Shown in pieces: positions 59,926 through 64,000 of a stretch of 64,000 nt of DNA. Under the pieces are notes generated by a model. It was not told the DNA's origin. It was given only the letters and a program-made list of their open reading frames with translations, and did not search any database. Position 1 is the stretch's first letter. The number at the start of each line of letters is the position of its first letter. The DNA is from Chloroflexota bacterium (GTDB lineage: Bacteria; Chloroflexota; UBA11872; VXOZ01): the NCBI GenBank assembly GCA_964291655.2, contig OZ219802.1, positions 64,001 through 128,000 of the forward strand, read 5' to 3'. A program made the position numbers and the translations under genes.

Positions 59926-61329
59926 TCATTCAGCAAGATAGCTCTGGCACACATTGACCGCCTGATCAATCGCTTGCCCGACGACAATCTCGCCACGCGC
60001 CAAGGGCAGCGTGACCTCGTAAAAGAGACTATGCGAGATTGCTGAGCTACTGGCCGCGTGGGAGGCTTTAGCATTGGGTAAACTCTGCAGCGCGGTTTCT
60101 CGCATCGATTCTGGGAGTATCAAGTCGAAGTGGCCGGTATCCGGTTTTTCAAGGTATTGCCAGCCGGCCGTCACCGCGGGCAAGACCCGGCGCTCGCCAA
60201 TCCAGTGAGCGAGAGGAATGAGCGCTTCGTACGCGCTTTCCGCGTCCGCAGCGGCCGGCACCGCCAGCACTTCCTCCAGCGACAGCGGCGTCGCTTTCTT
60301 TGGTCCCTGCGGCATTGGAGAGAAGCTTGGCCAGTAGCCCCATGGTGTCTTCACGAAACGCGAAAAGCGCATGGCGCTTGGGACAACGTCCTCGTAACCC
60401 CGCAAGTCAGAGTCTGCGATGTCGGGCCCATAGGGAAGGATGCCATGCACTCTCCCCAGTTCATCCCAGGCCGTGAGCGCGCGCTCGGCGGCCGGTCCTT
60501 CCAGATGTATGACGCCTGTATCCAAGTCTACGATTTCACCGCCCTCCTGCAGCAGGAAGGGCAGCCAGTCCGGGAAGTCCCAGTTCGCCGTAAGGCCCCA
60601 CTGTTCGGGCTTGCCGTCTTCATTGGCGTCCAGAGTCAGGTGCTGGCCTGCCTCGATGAAGTCCGACCAGGTCCATTCGGCATCCGGCGGGGCCACATTG
60701 GCACGCTGAAAGCGGTCTGCGGCGTAGCCGAGCACGCCTGGCGCCACCGCGATAGGCAAGCCGAGGGTCTGGCCTCTATACCGCACGAGGCGCATGGCCT
60801 CATCCGAAAACGCGTCCAGCGGACTCTGCGTATCCCCCTGCAACCAGCGATCAAGTGGAAGGAAAAACCTGGATCTAAGGATCTCCGTGATTTGTGCATA
60901 GGAGGGAAGCCAAACCACATCCCCTGCGGAAACCCCGCCTGCCGCCGTCGTGTTCAGGTAATCAAGCACTGACTCGGCACCCAGAAAACGGTTGTTATCG
61001 TCGGTCTTCCTCGGCATGGCGACGAACTCGAGCGTTGCGCCCTCGGGCGTGCCCGGCATCTCGCCACTATTCCACCCTGTGACCACTTCCCGGCCGAGAA
61101 TGCTTGGCTTGGGCGGGTTTCGAATAAACTGATGTTCCAGGTACGCCAACGTATACTGCCGCGGCTCCTTGGCGGACTTTTCAATGTCTGCCGCGCGGGG
61201 ACTCGGTTCCATCCGTGACGATTGCTCATCATCCTCATCACCACCACAACTTGCCAGCAGCGCTACTGCACCGCTGAACACTGCAATTCCCAACCAATCG
61301 CGTCGCGTCACGGTCCTTGCTCCTTCCAT
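59926..61329 (-). CDS. Tat lipoprotein, divergent extracellular solute-binding protein
   Basis: TRRDWL Tat motif, LASC lipobox, LGLP, WTWSDF, DANEDGKPEQWG; start uncertain. Confidence 0.8.
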   Translation of the reverse strand: MEGARTVTRRDWLGIAVFSGAVALLASCGGDEDDEQSSRMEPSPRAADIEKSAKEPRQYTLAYLEHQFIRNPPKPSILGREVVTGWNSGEMPGTPEGATLEFVAMPRKTDDNNRFLGAESVLDYLNTTAAGGVSAGDVVWLPSYAQITEILRSRFFLPLDRWLQGDTQSPLDAFSDEAMRLVRYRGQTLGLPIAVAPGVLGYAADRFQRANVAPPDAEWTWSDFIEAGQHLTLDANEDGKPEQWGLTANWDFPDWLPFLLQEGGEIVDLDTGVIHLEGPAAERALTAWDELGRVHGILPYGPDIADSDLRGYEDVVPSAMRFSRFVKTPWGYWPSFSPMPQGPKKATPLSLEEVLAVPAAADAESAYEALIPLAHWIGERRVLPAVTAGWQYLEKPDTGHFDLILPESMRETALQSLPNAKASHAASSSAISHSLFYEVTLPLARGEIVVGQAIDQAVNVCQSYLAE

Positions 61330-61578
61330 GCTTGCAAATGGAGGCTTCTTGTAATCCGAGACCCCATTAGCGTCCCCCTCAGTCGCTCGCGCAAGCGCGC
61401 TGCAGTGGCGAAAAGTGTCTCGACCGTCTGCCTGCGTAACCACAGTGAGATTATTTGTCAAGTATATCACTTCCAGTATAATCTGTCATTATGTACAGTG
61501 CAACTCAAGCTCATGCATGCTCTCCCGAGTATCTTTTAAAGTACAATTGACGGGAACTGCACTGCCATTTAGAGTTGT

Positions 61579-61607
61579 TTGACCAAGCCGTATACCTGTG
61601 GGATACT
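61579..61607 (+). promoter_or_regulatory. Sigma70-type promoter of pspA
   Basis: TTGACC-N17-GATACT with a TG extension. Confidence 0.5.
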
Positions 61608-61668
61608 TGAGAAAGTGTCAAGTACGGTTGAAGGAGACCCCAGCGGTCACCAAACCGGAGGAGTGTGA

Positions 61669-62400
61669 ATGGGAGCCTTTTCGCGGATGGGCGCTGTGCT
61701 CAGCGCCAAAATCAATGCGCTGTTAGACCGAAGCGAGGACCCGGCTGAGACGCTTGACTACGCTTACGAACGACAGCTTGAACAACTGCACAAGGTCAAG
61801 CGCGGCATTGTTGAAGTTGTAACATCCAAGCGGCGCCTCGAAATGCAGGCCGCAAAGTTGGAAGGCAACGAAGCAAAACTTTCAGACCAGGCTCAGCGTG
61901 CCATCCAGGCAGGCCGCGAAGACCTTGCCCGCATCGCGCTGCAACGCAAGCAACTCATAGTGACCCAGGCAGATGGGCTCCGACAGCAGATCCAAGCTCT
62001 GGAGCAGGATCAGGAGCGGCTGGCGCTCACCGAGCAGAAGCTTGTAGCGAAAGTAGAGAACTTCCGCACACGTAAGGAAGTTATCAAGGCCCAATACAGC
62101 GCGGCTGAGGCACAGACACGAATTAGTGAATCGGTATCGGGACTTTCTGAGGAAATGGCGGACGTCTCGTTGCTCGTCGAGCGAGCTGAAGAGCGCACGG
62201 AGTCCTTGCAGGCCCGGGCATTGGCGGTTGATGAACTAGTGGATACCGGGGTGCTGGAGGATTCCACAGGATCACGCTCTGACTTTGTGGATAGAGAGTT
62301 GAATAAGCTCAGTACCGAAAGCGGCGTGGATGAAGAGTTGGAAATGCTCAAGCGACAGCTAGAGGACAAAGACAAGAAGCAGTTGGAGGACCACGCATGA
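61669..62400 (+). CDS. pspA: PspA/IM30 family protein
   Basis: EDPAETLDYAYE, GREDLAR.AL, FRTRKEVIKAQYSAAEA; GGAGGAG RBS. Confidence 0.92.
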   Translation: MGAFSRMGAVLSAKINALLDRSEDPAETLDYAYERQLEQLHKVKRGIVEVVTSKRRLEMQAAKLEGNEAKLSDQAQRAIQAGREDLARIALQRKQLIVTQADGLRQQIQALEQDQERLALTEQKLVAKVENFRTRKEVIKAQYSAAEAQTRISESVSGLSEEMADVSLLVERAEERTESLQARALAVDELVDTGVLEDSTGSRSDFVDRELNKLSTESGVDEELEMLKRQLEDKDKKQLEDHA

Positions 62401-62684
62401 TAGTTCGCATCGCCACTGTGGGTCAATACCGCCTTGACGACGCTATCATATCCGATTTGCAGCGCTTTGATGACGCCATCGAGCAGGCTGTAACAGGTAC
62501 CGATGACGGGTCTTTTCGTGAGTTGCTCCAGCAGATGCACGACTTGATTACCCAAAAGGGCACGCCGCTGCCGGATGACGAGATAGTGCCCTCAGACGTA
62601 ATTCTACCGCCTCCGGATGAAACAATGGAAGAAGCTCAGAAGCTCCTTGGCGCTGAAGGGTTTGTTCCAGGCCGCTCGGAGTAA
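62397..62684 (+). CDS. PspA-associated protein (PspAA-like)
   Basis: MIVRI...GQY.L and G..L....IVPSDVILPPPD pattern; ATGA overlap with pspA. Confidence 0.8.
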   Translation: MIVRIATVGQYRLDDAIISDLQRFDDAIEQAVTGTDDGSFRELLQQMHDLITQKGTPLPDDEIVPSDVILPPPDETMEEAQKLLGAEGFVPGRSE

Positions 62685-62724
62685 ACCCGGTGGAGTAGAT
62701 TGGCCTCAATAGTCAAAGCAAGGG

Positions 62725-62758
62725 AAAAGCGCCTGTCGCATGAGCGACAGGCGCTTTT
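62725..62758. terminator. Bidirectional intrinsic terminator
   Basis: AAAAGCGCCTGTCGC-ATGA-GCGACAGGCGCTTTT. Confidence 0.88.
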
Positions 62759-62791
62759 ATGTAAAGTATAGTCACTTGCATTGCACGAGTG

Positions 62792-62913
62792 TGGCGGTGG
62801 GCGCGCTTCGATAGGGGCTATACGTCCCCGTTGGATAACTGCAGAGGTGCAACCATCCGGACTCTCCCGAGCTCAGTACAACCGTACATTCGCTTACTGA
62901 CGGCCTGCCGCCA
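62792..62913. ncRNA. Candidate small structured RNA
   Basis: 11-bp closing stem 62792-62802/62903-62913 enclosing internal hairpins; TATAGT at 62767. Confidence 0.35.
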
Positions 62914-63019
62914 TTTCTCTATGTGGTGAACTGGGTGAACCGGGAAAAAGTCAGGCTGGAAAACTCTCACCTTTTTTGCAATTGCGCGTTCGTTTAGTAG
63001 CGGTCCTCAAGAGACAAAG

Positions 63020-64000
63020 CTATTCGTTAACGTAGTTGGTGAGCCACTCTGTTGCCTGCGTGACCGCTTGCTCGACTCCCACCTCATCCCGAGCCAGACG
63101 ATACGTAACGATATTGAACAGGGCGTTGGTCATGGCTGGGCTGCTCGCAACGTGGGAAGCCTTGGCATTGGCCAGGGCCTGCAAAACAGTGTCTTGCGTC
63201 GAATCGGAAAACACCAGGTCAAAGTGGTCACGATCGGGACGCTTGATGAATTGCCAGCCTGCCGTAACAGACGGCAAAACGCGGCGTTCGCCAAGCCAAC
63301 TCGCTAATGGCACGAGTACCTCGTAGGCGCGCTCTCCCTGGGCTGCATCCGGAATAGCCAGCGCTTCCATGAGAACGAGGGGGGTCGTATTACTGGCACC
63401 AGCGGGCATTGGAGTAACGAGCCGCCAATGCTCGGGCAAGTATTGAAAGAAAATTGAGAAAAACATCCCTCTTTGAAAGAGGTCGTGGTAGCCCTGAAGC
63501 GCTCTTGTGGTGACCTCAGGTCCATAGGGTAGTATGCCGTGCACTCTTCCCAGCTCATCCCAAGCGCTAAGCGCGCGTAGGCTCGCCGGTTCATCCATCC
63601 CAATCTTCCCCGTGTCTAGGTCGGCAACCGTGCCGCCTTCTTGCAGCAGGAGCGGCAGCCAATCCGGAAAGTACGCCGCAGCGACAAAGCCCCAGCGGTC
63701 GGGAGAACCATCGCCGTCTAAGTCCTCCGTTAAGCGTTTGGCCGCCTCTATGAAGTCTTCCCACGTCCACTCGTGCGTGGGTGCTGCCACAGCGGCGCGC
63801 TCAAATCGGAGTGAATTGTGGGCCAGCACACCCGGCGCGACTGCAATCGGCAACGCCAAGGTCTGCGCCCGAAATCGCACCAGACGGCGGGTTTCTTCGG
63901 CAAAGACCTCGAGGGGCCTCTGGTCGTCCGCTTGCAGCCAGCGGTCGAGCGGCGCGAGCAGCCCGGTCTTGTATATGTCCGGGACATCCTCCTGATGCTG
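63020..64000 (-). CDS. Extracellular solute-binding protein, paralog of 59926-61329 (5' end outside window)
   Basis: Frame open to the window edge; shares PLDRWLQ, LPIAVAPGVL, AWDELGRVHGILPYGP, LGERRVLP.VTAGWQ with the paralog. Confidence 0.85.
   Translation of the reverse strand, partial: QHQEDVPDIYKTGLLAPLDRWLQADDQRPLEVFAEETRRLVRFRAQTLALPIAVAPGVLAHNSLRFERAAVAAPTHEWTWEDFIEAAKRLTEDLDGDGSPDRWGFVAAAYFPDWLPLLLQEGGTVADLDTGKIGMDEPASLRALSAWDELGRVHGILPYGPEVTTRALQGYHDLFQRGMFFSIFFQYLPEHWRLVTPMPAGASNTTPLVLMEALAIPDAAQGERAYEVLVPLASWLGERRVLPSVTAGWQFIKRPDRDHFDLVFSDSTQDTVLQALANAKASHVASSPAMTNALFNIVTYRLARDEVGVEQAVTQATEWLTNYVNE

Overview
A 64 kb GC-rich bacterial chromosome segment. It is probably Chloroflexota, inferred from the Tat-lipoprotein solute-binding paralogs and a Chloroflexi-type cell-surface domain; this was not confirmed by any search. 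In order it holds: the F1Fo ATP synthase operon (atpI-B-E-F-H-A-G and partial atpD, minus strand); sugar oxidoreductases, a wecA/tagO-like transferase, a DtxR/MntR regulator, rfbD and an FMO; a partner-switching signalling cassette (STAS, REC-PP2C, RsbW-like, periplasmic binding protein, TorS-like kinase); a circularly permuted ATP-grasp / Amt / alpha-E / transglutaminase operon; a probable island on the 3' side of tRNA-Leu(TAG) carrying a frameshifted type IIG-like R-M gene, HEPN and AbiU2-like genes, a Fic-HTH gene and a NarL-type two-component pair; then catabolic, transport and envelope genes, three further tRNAs, crcB and pspA-pspAA. The most notable observations are four: an ammonium transporter embedded in the ATP-grasp peptide-ligase operon behind an orphan sensing cascade; about 440 bp of nested REP-like palindromes read in frame inside the R-M methyltransferase; a displaced 5'-half copy of tRNA-Leu behind the AbiU2-like gene; and two unannotated structured intergenic RNA candidates. 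All calls come from motif reading only; no database searches were run.
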